From positions 1-18,410 of the forward strand of contig MTSL01000183.1 of the NCBI GenBank assembly GCA_002794465.1: a stretch of DNA of 18,410 nucleotides, read 5' to 3'. How positions within the stretch are numbered: the stretch's first letter is position 1; every line of letters starts with the position of its first letter. This DNA comes from Paramicrosporidium saccamoebae KSL3. Its lineage: Eukaryota > Fungi > Cryptomycota. The notes under the pieces are model-generated. The model had not been told where the DNA came from. It searched no databases and worked only from the letters and a program-made list of their open reading frames with translations. Position numbers and translations under genes: made by a program. This document shows positions 8,542-18,410 of this stretch, one piece after another.

Positions 8542-11500
8542 CTACAAATCCGTGCCCACTTCAAGAGTCATCTCAGCCGGCTCACTGGTGACGTCACTAT
8601 CTGATGCATCCACCTGCTCCAGAGCGGTCTCAAGCTCATCGAGTTGTATCCTAAAGTCACGAGCAGTAGACCGGTGAAACGACTTGACAATTGTCGTTCG
8701 ATGCAGTTTGCCGAGAGCAAGGACACTACGCTCAAATGCCTCAATGTGGAATATAAGGCCCGGAACGAGACGCGTCTCTTTTGCAATAGAGTTGCGAAAC
8801 CTCCTGGTCAAATTGTTCGTTTTCTTCTTGTGTTCAGAGAGCTCGCGATAAAGCTCCAACTCATTTTGCTGAACGATCGGGAGCATTATATAGATGTTCC
8901 GTGTCAGATCCCCGCTTATATGCGCAACCATTAGCGTAAACGAGTCGCTCAGAGGCAATTTCCTCGTCGCCATCTACAAATTGAGCAAGATGATTCAACA
9001 GAGTACCAATTGGCACACGGACACTACAACTTTAAAGAGAGACTGAAGAGCATCCATGAGGCGGCTGTAGCTACTACCACAGAGAGCGGCCTCGGTAAGA
9101 ATCACACACGCTTCACTCATCCAGGATAAATCATCGCAAATCCCATTCAAGGAACTAGAACCTTGGATGCTAGATGTCTGGCAAATGGTTGCTGTAATTT
9201 CTGTAAGCCATTTGCACTCTTCCAGCCGAGACTTTATGACCTTCCAAATGGCGTTCACGACGTGATCCGCCGATCTCGATGTGATCATTTTGAGTTTGGC
9301 TTGCAATGCTGGTCCCTTGGGCGTTTCAGCAGAATCGGTATCAAGCCGGCCAATTGCCAGCAAAACATCTTTACAGATTATCTTCATGTTGGTCCCGGTG
9401 ACATTTCTGGGATACGAAACGACTAATTCAGCGAGCAATTTGGCCAACTTGGCATCTGAGTCCGAATATGGAGTCCACGTCCTGCAAACTTGGAGGATGC
9501 TATTATTGAACGCTACGTCGCTAAATGCATCGATCCCGGAGCAGGCTTCCAGTAACAATTCAACCAAAATACAGAGATCCTTGGCGGGGAGTTCTTTGCC
9601 CGAGAAATTTAGTAAAAGTGTGCCCACTTCTGACACTTGTGTGCTGCATAGAGCATTTTCTTTACAAACAAACTGCAATTTTGAAATCCATCCAGATATC
9701 AGGCGCTTCTACAATGTTTAGCAAATTATTGGTTTTACAGGATTTGGAAACTTGCAATCTGGGCCACCTAGAAATATTAACACTTTGACCACATCATCCA
9801 CATCTTGGCTTGCACTCCATGGAATTTGACACAAATGCGATAGTAACAGTTCTAGTTGGGAGTGTGTCTTCATGCTGAGGTACAATTGTGCTAGCCGTCC
9901 AGCGCAATCCAAGATTATCAGTTCCGAAACTGGGTTGGTAAACTGAATTGTAAACCGTTCTCGCTGGGCAACAATTTTGGCCATGGCCTCGATCTTCATA
10001 CCAGACTCCAGATCATCACAATCCAAACAGTAAAGCAGGCCAAAATCATAAAGCCCAGTCACAATAGGTCGAAGGTTGCTCTGATGAAGCACGGGAATTT
10101 CCGTGGGAAACCATGCGATATTGTGACAGAGAGTCTCAGAGAGATTATTCATGGCACCAATACAAAGAATCGCCTCTTCGGTAGTGGACCCTTTGCTGCT
10201 TTGTAAGAGGATCTGCAAAAGCACGGGGAGGAATTCAGTGACTCTTCCGTGCTCGTCAATACATTTATTCAGCATTCCTGCCCAATCGGTCATATTTTCG
10301 CCACTCCAAAGCTTTTGAAACTACAATTAGCTACTAAACTTGGAAAATTTGTACCTGAACAAATGCTAGCGTGAAAATCGAGGGAATGGAGACTGCATGA
10401 GTCTTTACCATTTGCAGCAGCTCTGTGTATACATTCCATTTCAAAGAAATTCTGTCCACGGAATACAAAAGAGTCCCTAGCGTCAATCGATCAACTAAAT
10501 ATGTGTACGATATAAAACTGCCAACGATGGTTTTCCTTGAGATATATGCGTCAAGGCTGACCGAATAAACAGAGCAGGACTTGTGTTGGCAAAGTGCACA
10601 AGTTCCACTTCATTCAACATTGGTAAAATGAGTGCTTGTGACTCACCAGTCTTTCCTAGGCTTTGAATGAAGGAATTTGTATACTCGGGCCTCTCTCGAA
10701 TAATTTCACAGAGTAACTTTCCGCCATTTATAGTAGAGAGTTCTCCCAAAACACTTGCCGAGCATTCTAGGGAAGGCTGAGGAATGCAGGATTCGCCAAA
10801 CAAAGACATTTCTTCAATGATTGTCTTGATCATAACCCGAAGAGATGCTTCAAATTTCTAAATCCTTATAATAAAACGAGAGAGACTCACTTTTCCGACC
10901 GACACTAGATATTTGATGGCTGATTGTCTAATTATCTGCAATATTGCTTTATCCGTATGCTTGTACGCAGCCAGATCATTTCCCAGACGGATTAACCCAA
11001 GAATACTTGGCTCATCATCTAAATCAACAATGTCAACTAGTCGCTCCAAAATCCTCTCCAAACGCGGCCACCTCGCGACGTCAATTCCTGGAATACTCCC
11101 GAGATGCTCTAATCTTCTTCGCGAGACAACGAGATTCACAAGAAATGCCAAAACGCGTTTTTCTAAAAGGGCGCCGAGTAGCAGGACAAGGAGGACTGGA
11201 GATGGATTCATGGAGGATCGGAGGGCCGTGTTTGCATATTTTACAAACGCAGTAAAAATTAAAGACTCGTGATTTAAGGCCAACTTGATGTGAGAGAGAC
11301 ATTCACCAACATGGTCGCATTGGGTTTCTAACAGGGCAAACGTCATTTCAAAGCAGCCTGTCAAGGTCGGTGAATTACGGCACCACAACAGCACTTGATA
11401 CAGAGTAGCAGGAATGTCTTTGCGAGGAACATCTTCCATCCGCTTAAACATGGATTCATACACCTGAGAAGGTAGGGTGACGTTCACTTCTCTAAATGCT

Positions 11501-12006
11501 ACGATGATTGACAAAATATTGTCAGGATGCACGGGAGAGCTTGCAATCTGCTGGATAAATGAAGTTGCAGTTGATCCACCAGCACACTGTTTACCATTGT
11601 TGAATTCAATTACTTTCTTCTCAGAGAGAACGGAGGTTATAACTGGAATAAACTCGATGCAGTCATTTCTTAACTTGCTGCCTTTTTTAAACTCTTCTAA
11701 GAAAATTTTCACTAGCAGTAACAGTCGTGCCACTTCCAGCGAGCGTGCCTATCCGATGAAAACTACATAAAACTGCTACCTTGGCAGAGAGGATGCGGAA
11801 TGCTTCGCGTGTAGTAGAAACAGAAACATCATCACTCGCCACTGCTCCAAATATAGGCTGGATATCGGCGTTCGTTGCATCAGATTCAATTATAGAGCCA
11901 AATCCTGTGCATATTCCCTTTTTAAGCTCTGCCAACACATCACCAGCCTCCAATGGCTATAAATACATTAGACATTGCCCGAGCATACTGTCTCGGCTGA
12001 CAACAT
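8542..12006 (-). CDS. FANCI: Fanconi anemia group I protein homolog (about 1079 aa, 8 exons)
   Basis: C-terminal ETRLVPGLIFHIEAFERSVLALGK...RSTARDFRI matches the FANCI C-terminal motif (ETKxIPxLIFxIExYE...STxRDFKI). Exons 12006-11989, 11956-11780, 11748-10891, 10857-10509, 10476-10355, 10320-9739, 9708-9007 and 8973-8542 sum to 3240 nt in frame. Introns are 30-34 nt. The short first exon is the least certain part. Confidence 0.85.
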
Positions 12007-12027
12007 TAACAAAGTGGTTTTCCTTTA

Positions 12028-13403
12028 ATGCCATTGCATGAAGTGTTGTTTGATGCCGCTCTCCTGGCAGCGGCCCTGATTTGCGGATCTTCACTGGTCA
12101 TGCTAAATAGCTCTGATTATACAAAGAGCTTGACCCCACTGTTAATAGTAGTCTCAATTGACGCCTTCCGGTACGATTTTCTCAGCAGGCCGGAGAGCAA
12201 AATACTTGCCAAGATTGGTACAATGTGGTGCTAGCTAATTGGCAGCAAGGGAGGGATGTTATGGCCCCATGGAGACGCAGTTTCCCACCTTTACATTTAC
12301 GAATCACCACTCCACGATGACTGGACTCTACCCAATGTACCACGGCATCGTGGGCAACAATTTTTTTGACATTGAACAGAACAGGACCTTTTCATCCAGA
12401 AACTCCTCTGCCGCCTCAGATCCGTCCTGGTGGTCTGCCGAACCAGTAATACAACAGTGTGGACTAACATACAGATCTGGATTACGGCAAATAAAAAGGG
12501 TAAACGGACAGCCACACTGTTTTGGCCCGGTGATACGGCATTCCACCATCCTTTGCACCAAAGTCTTCACTACGACAAGGCAATTACTGGGGCAGATCGC
12601 GTCCGGACTATACTCGGATGGGTGGATGAGGATCCCAAGCTGTCTCTTGTCACTATCTATTTCTCACTAATCGACGATGCGGGACATCGATTCGGACCAG
12701 AGTCGCCACAGATGAGCGTGGCTTTGCACCACCTGGACAATCTACTAGGGGATCTATTAGGCGGGCTTGAAGAGCGTAGATTATACAAGCGCGCCAATTT
12801 GCTTATCCTCAGCGATCATGGTCTGGTTCAGGCCAAGGAAGACTCTAATATTGAGATTGACAAGTATATTCCAGAACTACAGAGTCTGATATTGTGGATG
12901 GATTATAATTCCATGACAACTATATTTCCCAAACCTGGAGGTCAAATCCGCATACTATCTGATATTTGTAGAAGGAGACAATGTTTATGCGCTACTTGAA
13001 AAGGCCATTTTGCAGCATCAGCTTCCTTTGAGTGTGCTGTGGACCAAGGATCTCCCTGTTCATCTTCAGTTTCGCGAAACGAGTCGCATCGGCCCAATCA
13101 CACTGGTCACTGACAAGGTACACGGCCGATATTTTACTCGACTTTTAGGGCTATATTCTGTCGCGCACAGGAGGACGAAAGCATGGGGGATTTCATGGGT
13201 ATGATCCAAGGATGACAGAGATGCACGCCATGTTCATCGGGGTCGGTCCCGACTTTAAAAGAACAGGAGAGATCAAGTCTCGATTCTCCAGTTTGGACGT
13301 GTATAACTTGCTGTCGACCTTGCTGAGAATCGCACCCCTTCCCAATAATGGCACGATGAGCTTGGTGGAATATTGCTGCAAAGATCCCATATGGCCGAAC
13401 TAG
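12028..13403 (+). CDS. Ectonucleotide pyrophosphatase/phosphodiesterase (ENPP/NPP family), paralog 1, 418 aa, 5 exons
   Basis: Motifs VVSIDAFR, FPTFTFTNH (catalytic Thr), TGLYP..HGIVGN, FWPG, DDAGH, LSDHG and FHGYD. Introns at 12218-12245, 12446-12474, 12941-12971 and 13118-13148; exons total 1257 nt in frame. Confidence 0.92.
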
Positions 13404-13690
13404 CATAAATACAACGAATTGTCCGAGCTCTGCCAATTCAGTGCACTACTCTGACACTAAGATCAGAGGATACATCATTGTGATGTAAAGTGACAAGATA
13501 GCTGACCAATCCCTTATTAAGAGTGTAAGGTTAGTAATAATACCCTTTATTGGAACTCTTAGTCCGTAATTATACCAACTTACAATGAGAAAGAGCACAT
13601 ACCTGGGCCAAATATTATACTAAAGAGTCTTTACTTCCAAACTCGTACTTTTACCTTATAATACAATAATCACCCCAATTTTAGCAGTCT

Positions 13691-15082
13691 ATGGACGCAT
13701 CTTGGTCAAATGTACCAATGCCATCATCCACTAACTCTTAGACAAAAGGCCTCTGTGCTAGACAATGGACTAGAGTTGCCATCTACACTACCATTCTCGC
13801 CGGCTGTCTGCTGTGGGTGTTGCTTTACGGAAAGAGTCCTGGACAAACAAATACTGATGGGCGCCTAGTCATGCTCATCTCGCTGGATGGGTTTCGATAC
13901 GACTATCTCGAGCGCGGTCTAACACCTACGCTTACTGCGCTTGGTACTCGAGTTGGTGATTGGTAACGGATGTTAGCACAAAAAGGCGTCGTGGGTCCAA
14001 TGCAAGTGCAATTTCCGAGCTACACCTTTCCGAACCATTTTACATTGGCCACTGGGTTGCTTCCCGTGTATCACGGAATTGTCAGCAACAGCTTCTATGA
14101 CCCCATACTGAAGGAATTTTTTATTTACAATGCAGGAAATAATAGTCATGAGAAATGGTGGAATGCGGAGCCTGTACTCGGTGAACGAAACTAATCGTAG
14201 ATTTGGAATTCAGCAGAAAAGGCGGGCATCAGAACTGGAGTTTTATTCTGGCCCGGTTCCGATGTCACGATTGCAGGAAGGAAACCCTCGCTGACAAAAC
14301 CGTTCAATTCCAGCGTGCCCGCCTCGGAGCGTGTAAATCAGATTCTTCAATGGACCGACGAAAAGATTCGACCGGGTTTCCTGGCGCTGTATCTGTCCGA
14401 GGTTGATGACGCCGGTCATTGGGCTGGACCTGAGTCTTCTGAATTAGGAAGAGCTTTGAGCGAAATTGATAATGCAATCTTGGAGCTTCTTGAGGGATTA
14501 GAGCAGCGAAATTTAAGAGAGATCACTGACATTATTATTGTGAGTGATCACGGAATGACGAGACAATCAGAGGAGAAACTTGTCCCAATTGAAGATTTAA
14601 TCAGTGGGCCGATGATGGAAAAACTAGACTGGATTGACTATGGCCCGGTAACCTCGATAATCCCACGAAACGGTCATCTTGACAGCGTCTTTGCTGAATT
14701 ACAATCGTCAATCAGTCGTCTCAACATTCCCTTGAATGTTTACCGTAGTGGCGGACTACCCGATCGTTACCATTATCAAAACAATGCAAGGATCCCACCG
14801 ATCATTATAGAATGCGAGTTGGGCTGGTCAGTGACCTTTCGAAAGAGTGAATGGATTCCCAAGGGACAGCATGGATATTCTCCCGCAAGTCGTGACATGC
14901 ACGCAATATTCTTAGCAAACGGACCCAGGTTTCGCAAAAACCACATCATTTCCACCCAGAATAGTCTCGATGTATACTATATGGTGGCTAATCTCCTCGG
15001 AATCGACACCCCCTCTACCAATAGCACTGATTCTCTGTACAGGCTTGTGTGTCCCGCTTTGCGCCGCCATAAGATTTATTAA
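13691..15082 (+). CDS. Ectonucleotide pyrophosphatase/phosphodiesterase (ENPP/NPP family), paralog 2, 433 aa, 4 exons, type II anchor
   Basis: N-terminal TM segment [18 protein letters not shown]; motifs [36 protein letters not shown] and QHGY. Introns at 13712-13741 (CTAAC branch), 13944-13976 and 14174-14200; exons total 1302 nt in frame. Confidence 0.93.
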
Positions 15083-15105
15083 TTTGTTTCCATAAAGTCA
15101 ATTTG

Positions 15106-15963
15106 ATGATTATCAACGTGCAGGCGTCGCATGACAAAAAGTTCCCTCTTGAAGTAGAAGCCAGCAATACCGCGGCCGAGCTAAAGACAAAGATTGGAGA
15201 GGCGCAGGATATTCCAGCAGAGGAGATTCGACTCATCTTCTCGGGACGAATTCTAAAGGACACTGACACGGTCGAGACTGTTCGCATGGCCGAGGGTAAC
15301 ACTGTGCACATGGTCCGTAGTGGCAAGAAGACTGCTGCTAGCCAGCCAGTGGCGGTTCCTGCCACCCAGCCAGCTGCACAGCCGACCATGCCTCAAGGCA
15401 ATCGTCCCCCGATGCAGATGCCCGCGGGGGGAATGCCTATGGGAATGGACATGAATAACCCAATGATGTCTGCCATGCTGCAGAACCCCGAAATGATGCG
15501 TCAAACCATGGAGATGCTGAGCTCTAATCCGCAACTGATGCAAGCTGCCATGCAGTCCAACCCGGCATTCCAGAATGCGCCGCCGCATGTACAACAGATG
15601 ATGCAGCGGCCCGAGTTTTTAAGGATGGTTTTGGAGATGACTATGGCACAGGGAATGGGCGAGGGACAGATGGGGCAGTTGGGACAAATGGGACAGGTGG
15701 GACAGATGGAACATGTGTCTTCCATGCCTCAAGCATCAGGTGGAGAGGGCGACTTTGCTCAATACATGCAAACTTTGGATCAGTTGATGGGGCAACAAGT
15801 TCAGTCACCCGTCTCCAATGAACCGCCAGAAGTGCGTTTCCAAAGTCAGCTTCAACAACTCACCGATATGGGGTTTTACGACGCTGACGCTAACATTAGG
15901 GCTCTCCTTGCTTCAGGTGGAAATGTCAATTTAGCCATTGAGCGTCTCCTTCAAAATATGTAA
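15106..15963 (+). CDS. DSK2: Ubiquilin/Dsk2 UBL-STI1-UBA shuttle factor (285 aa)
   Basis: N-terminal UBL ([12 protein letters not shown]), Met/Gln-rich STI1-like middle ([16 protein letters not shown]) and C-terminal UBA ([18 protein letters not shown]...[12 protein letters not shown]). First ATG is 15106 (the track start at 15103 is TTG). Confidence 0.93.
   Translation: MIINVQASHDKKFPLEVEASNTAAELKTKIGEAQDIPAEEIRLIFSGRILKDTDTVETVRMAEGNTVHMVRSGKKTAASQPVAVPATQPAAQPTMPQGNRPPMQMPAGGMPMGMDMNNPMMSAMLQNPEMMRQTMEMLSSNPQLMQAAMQSNPAFQNAPPHVQQMMQRPEFLRMVLEMTMAQGMGEGQMGQLGQMGQVGQMEHVSSMPQASGGEGDFAQYMQTLDQLMGQQVQSPVSNEPPEVRFQSQLQQLTDMGFYDADANIRALLASGGNVNLAIERLLQNM
15664..15708 (+). repeat. 9-bp in-frame minisatellite x5 ([15 protein letters not shown])
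   Basis: ggacagatg gggcagttg ggacaaatg ggacaggtg ggacagatg inside DSK2. Confidence 0.85.
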
Positions 15964-16082
15964 ACGTGTGCTTGATTTTGGTATAATCAATAATGTAATT
16001 TCGACACTTGAAAATATGCAATCACGAGCATCGAAACAGTCCAAAGGTTTTGTATGCTTGGTTTTGAGATACTCAATAATGT

Positions 16083-16236
16083 TGTGGCGTAGAGGCAGAG
16101 GATGGATTAGTCGGGTATTTGAGGACAGTGAGATGTGTATCCATACCATTCTAGGATTAGCAGTGAACAGGTTTTCTTCTTGCCTAAATTGGGCCGTGAT
16201 TTATCCCCACTACGCGACAATCCCCACCACGCGACA
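16083..16236. mobile_element. Dispersed non-coding element, copy B
   Basis: Same orientation and same three homology blocks as 2917-3076. Left end TTGTGGCGTAGAGG (16082-16095) versus right end CCACTACGCGACAA (16207-16220) is a 12/14 inverted match. The right end is tandemly duplicated up to 16236. No clean target-site duplication. Confidence 0.5.
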
Positions 16237-16361
16237 TTTAACAACACGTAATCACGGGTACCTGGATTGATCGTCCTGTGACTTTTATTCAATAGTGTAA
16301 TTTGAACAAGGTAGAGTTTTGTGGACTCGGCAGTGCAATTTTGATATCTAACAGTACGCAT

Positions 16362-17084
16362 TTACGAGTACTGAGCTTGGCTAGAGTTTTTCACCCAACG
16401 AGGTTTTCCGTTTGCGTCGGTCCGACGCGTGGCATATTGGCTCTTCCAGCCAAGCGTAAAGGCCGGATCCCAGAGTTCATTTCCAATTCCCAAATCCTTG
16501 CACGCTCTCATCAATGCATTTGAGCGAACCACCTCACTGGCCATCGCGGGATTGCTGAACCCCATAATGGACGCATGGCCTCGTGCCTGACTCACAAAAC
16601 GGCCTCCGCAAAAAAGCGCATATTCGCGAGACAAGACGCCACCAGCCAAAGAATGTGCTCCGCGCGGCATTAGACACCATCCACCAGGACCAAAGGCCTT
16701 GCCAAGAATCTTTCGGTATCGATTTTCTGGAAGATACACTGCACCGTCTGGCTTAATCTCAACATCCTCTATCGCAAGTGGCGCATGCAAAATCTCGGTC
16801 ACATCCTCTGGAAACGCCTTTTCAGAGGCCCCCTGATACAGCGCGCTTGTATAATCCTGTCCCACCTCTTCCGGGAATGGGTTAATGGCAGCTTTCATTT
16901 CGGTGGGCTGGACGGAACGCGGAGTAAAGGTGCGCTGAAAGCGGGGTGTCTCAGACATTTCTTCTTGTTCAGCGGACTCATTCTCGGCGGGAAAGGTGCG
17001 GAACGTGGGGCGAGTGGCAAATTGCTGCATAAGGACACTTGAAGTGCTCAATTGCCGGCGGAGGAGGGATATATTACGGAGCAT
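16362..17084 (-). CDS. MGM101: Mitochondrial genome maintenance protein Mgm101 (Rad52-type ssDNA annealing), 240 aa
   Basis: Arg/Ser-rich presequence MLRNISLLRRQLSTSS; family motifs EIKPDGAVYLPENRYRKIL.KAFGPGGW.L.PRG, REYAL, and SNALMRxCKDLGI..ELWDP. Confidence 0.92.
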   Translation of the reverse strand: MLRNISLLRRQLSTSSVLMQQFATRPTFRTFPAENESAEQEEMSETPRFQRTFTPRSVQPTEMKAAINPFPEEVGQDYTSALYQGASEKAFPEDVTEILHAPLAIEDVEIKPDGAVYLPENRYRKILGKAFGPGGWCLMPRGAHSLAGGVLSREYALFCGGRFVSQARGHASIMGFSNPAMASEVVRSNALMRACKDLGIGNELWDPAFTLGWKSQYATRRTDANGKPRWVKNSSQAQYS

Positions 17085-17238
17085 TATTGATGTTGGAGCT
17101 CGCGATAAAAGAAAGCCTGGAAATGCCTTTTCAAGTTGTATTAGAGTGTTTGGGAATTGAACCTTACTAGCCTATAGCATATGTCAGCAGCCTTTAAATT
17201 GGTGGTGATACCTTAAATCTGGCCATTTGAGCACTGTG

Positions 17239-17478
17239 ATGCGAACATGCCTAATGTTGTCACTGGTAGCGGAAGCCTGTTTTTCACTCACAAAGCGGCA
17301 TCATGGCAATAATTTCAATCTTCCTTGGCGACCAATTTCGAACGAAATCCTGAGCCGCTCAGATTGCCATGATGAGCCCGCTTTACTAGATCGAAGGATG
17401 GACGTCGAGAGTTTCCAAATGGTACATTTCAGGGCTGTGAGACTTCTTGCTTTGACTACCCGAACGGCTTCAGAATAA
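17239..17478 (+). CDS. Possible small secreted protein (79 aa from the first ATG), unresolved
   Basis: ORF divergent from MGM101 with a signal-like N-terminus MRTCLMLSLVAEACFS. No homology recognised. Confidence 0.25.
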   Translation: MRTCLMLSLVAEACFSLTKRHHGNNFNLPWRPISNEILSRSDCHDEPALLDRRMDVESFQMVHFRAVRLLALTTRTASE

Positions 17479-18021
17479 GCGGAGGGAAATGCCTGCAAAT
17501 ATAGTAGCAAAGTAATTCAAGATGCGCCAGTCTATTCTTCTTTATTCGATAATTAAAGGCACGATCTGCGGACTCGGCCCAACCCTCAATATCTTACATG
17601 AGATGCAATTTCCAACCCCAAAGACACACTTCTCTTTCATTAATACCCAAACTACAACTCTCCCATTCATCAAAAGGACAGAGTCATGTAGGCTTTAATG
17701 TCACAAGCTGTTAGAAAGCTGGAGATTTCCTCCTTTGACTGCTCTCAATATTAGCGTGAGGCTGGTGCTTGCAGTAGAGTCATTACGGATGCACCTTTTT
17801 GTTTGAGGAGGAAGAAAAACCATTCGTCATCAATGTGTAGAGTCGCCCCAGCATGCGATCAGATTAAAAGGAGATTGCTATTCTCGTCTTAGTCGGCCCA
17901 TCCTCTATAAAAAATCAGCCAATCATTCCAGTTATACCATTTCGTAATTCCATAAACTCTCAAGGGTGTTGTCAAACGCTGTACCACATGCTAATGTAAA
18001 ATTTTAGTTGCTTAAACTACC

Positions 18022-18410
18022 CTATACGTCTCCATATCTGATCACGCGTCGGACAGTGCGAGCCCTTCGTGGGCCTGAATACGATGAATTTGAGGACGAC
18101 GAATGTGATGATGGTGATGAGGCATACGAGGACGATGACCGTGACGATGAATCCGCTGAGAATGACGCCAATGATGAATCCGAAGCTTCTGCATATTGAT
18201 AGCGAGCTCCAAATTTCATACGACTACGGTATCCTTCTCTGGAAATTACCTGAGGCATCTTTTTTTTGGACTTTTGTACAGTAACATTTTTCTCCAAGAA
18301 ATCACTCATCTCCTTCCACTTGCTGGCTTTGGCTACCTTCAAAAATCTCGGGTGATTTAGTAGTTCCGGTTTGGTTTTGTGAATGTACTTGATGACACCC
18401 AGACGTCCAG
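18022..18410 (-). CDS. 3' end of a gene with an ankyrin-like segment and Ser-rich tail (partial)
   Basis: The minus frame is open from the window edge (GRLGVIKYIHKTKPELLNHPRFLKVAK...) to the stop at 18022. GxLxVIKYIH resembles an ankyrin-type repeat. The poly-Ser tail uses mixed TCN codons. Confidence 0.55.
   Translation of the reverse strand, partial: GRLGVIKYIHKTKPELLNHPRFLKVAKASKWKEMSDFLEKNVTVQKSKKKMPQVISREGYRSRMKFGARYQYAEASDSSLASFSADSSSRSSSSYASSPSSHSSSSNSSYSGPRRARTVRRVIRYGDV

Noticed and set aside
13449-13487. Two adjacent small hairpins (6-bp and 7-bp stems) after ENPP-1, with a nearby CAGTGC
   Set aside because: Stems this short occur by chance. The CAGTGC lacks an IRE stem, and the C/D-box spacing does not fit a snoRNA.
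3238-14200. All eight introns whose length is a multiple of 3 contain an in-frame stop (NMD-type selection)
   Set aside because: Ascertainment bias: a stop-free 3n intron would be read as coding in ORF-based annotation. RNA-seq junctions are needed to test this.
18008-18199. Plus-strand Asp/Glu-rich ORF suggesting dual coding
   Set aside because: The antisense of poly-TCN (Ser) automatically gives GAN codons. The ORF begins at a non-ATG codon, and the minus frame is continuous with upstream coding sequence.
1-18410. Track ORFs starting at TTG/GTG and fragmented ORFs read as pseudogenes or frameshifts
   Set aside because: All breaks in ALDH, CCT7, FANCI and both ENPPs are resolved by short GT-AG introns that restore the frame.

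Overview
Gene-dense eukaryotic DNA (not prokaryotic) with very short spliceosomal introns. I resolved 16 GT-AG introns of 27-36 nt, and every spliced model closes in frame. Intergenic gaps go down to 21-23 nt. Genes in order: partial basic ORF; secreted Lys-rich protein with 3 x 45-aa repeats; Yap-type bZIP factor; aldehyde dehydrogenase; predicted GPI-anchored surface protein; BC10/BLCAP-like membrane protein; CCT7; possible small TM protein; 8-exon FANCI; two tandem ENPP phosphodiesterases; DSK2/ubiquilin; MGM101; and the 3' end of a Ser-tailed gene. The compact architecture plus fungal-type genes, MGM101 (implies mtDNA) and FANCI suggest an early-diverging fungal relative, such as Rozellomycota or an early microsporidian like Paramicrosporidium. 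This is inference, not a database result. The main non-coding signal is a ~140-160 bp dispersed element with imperfect TGT...ACA inverted ends, found twice, both times between convergent gene 3' ends. No rRNA, tRNA, CRISPR array or transposase was found.
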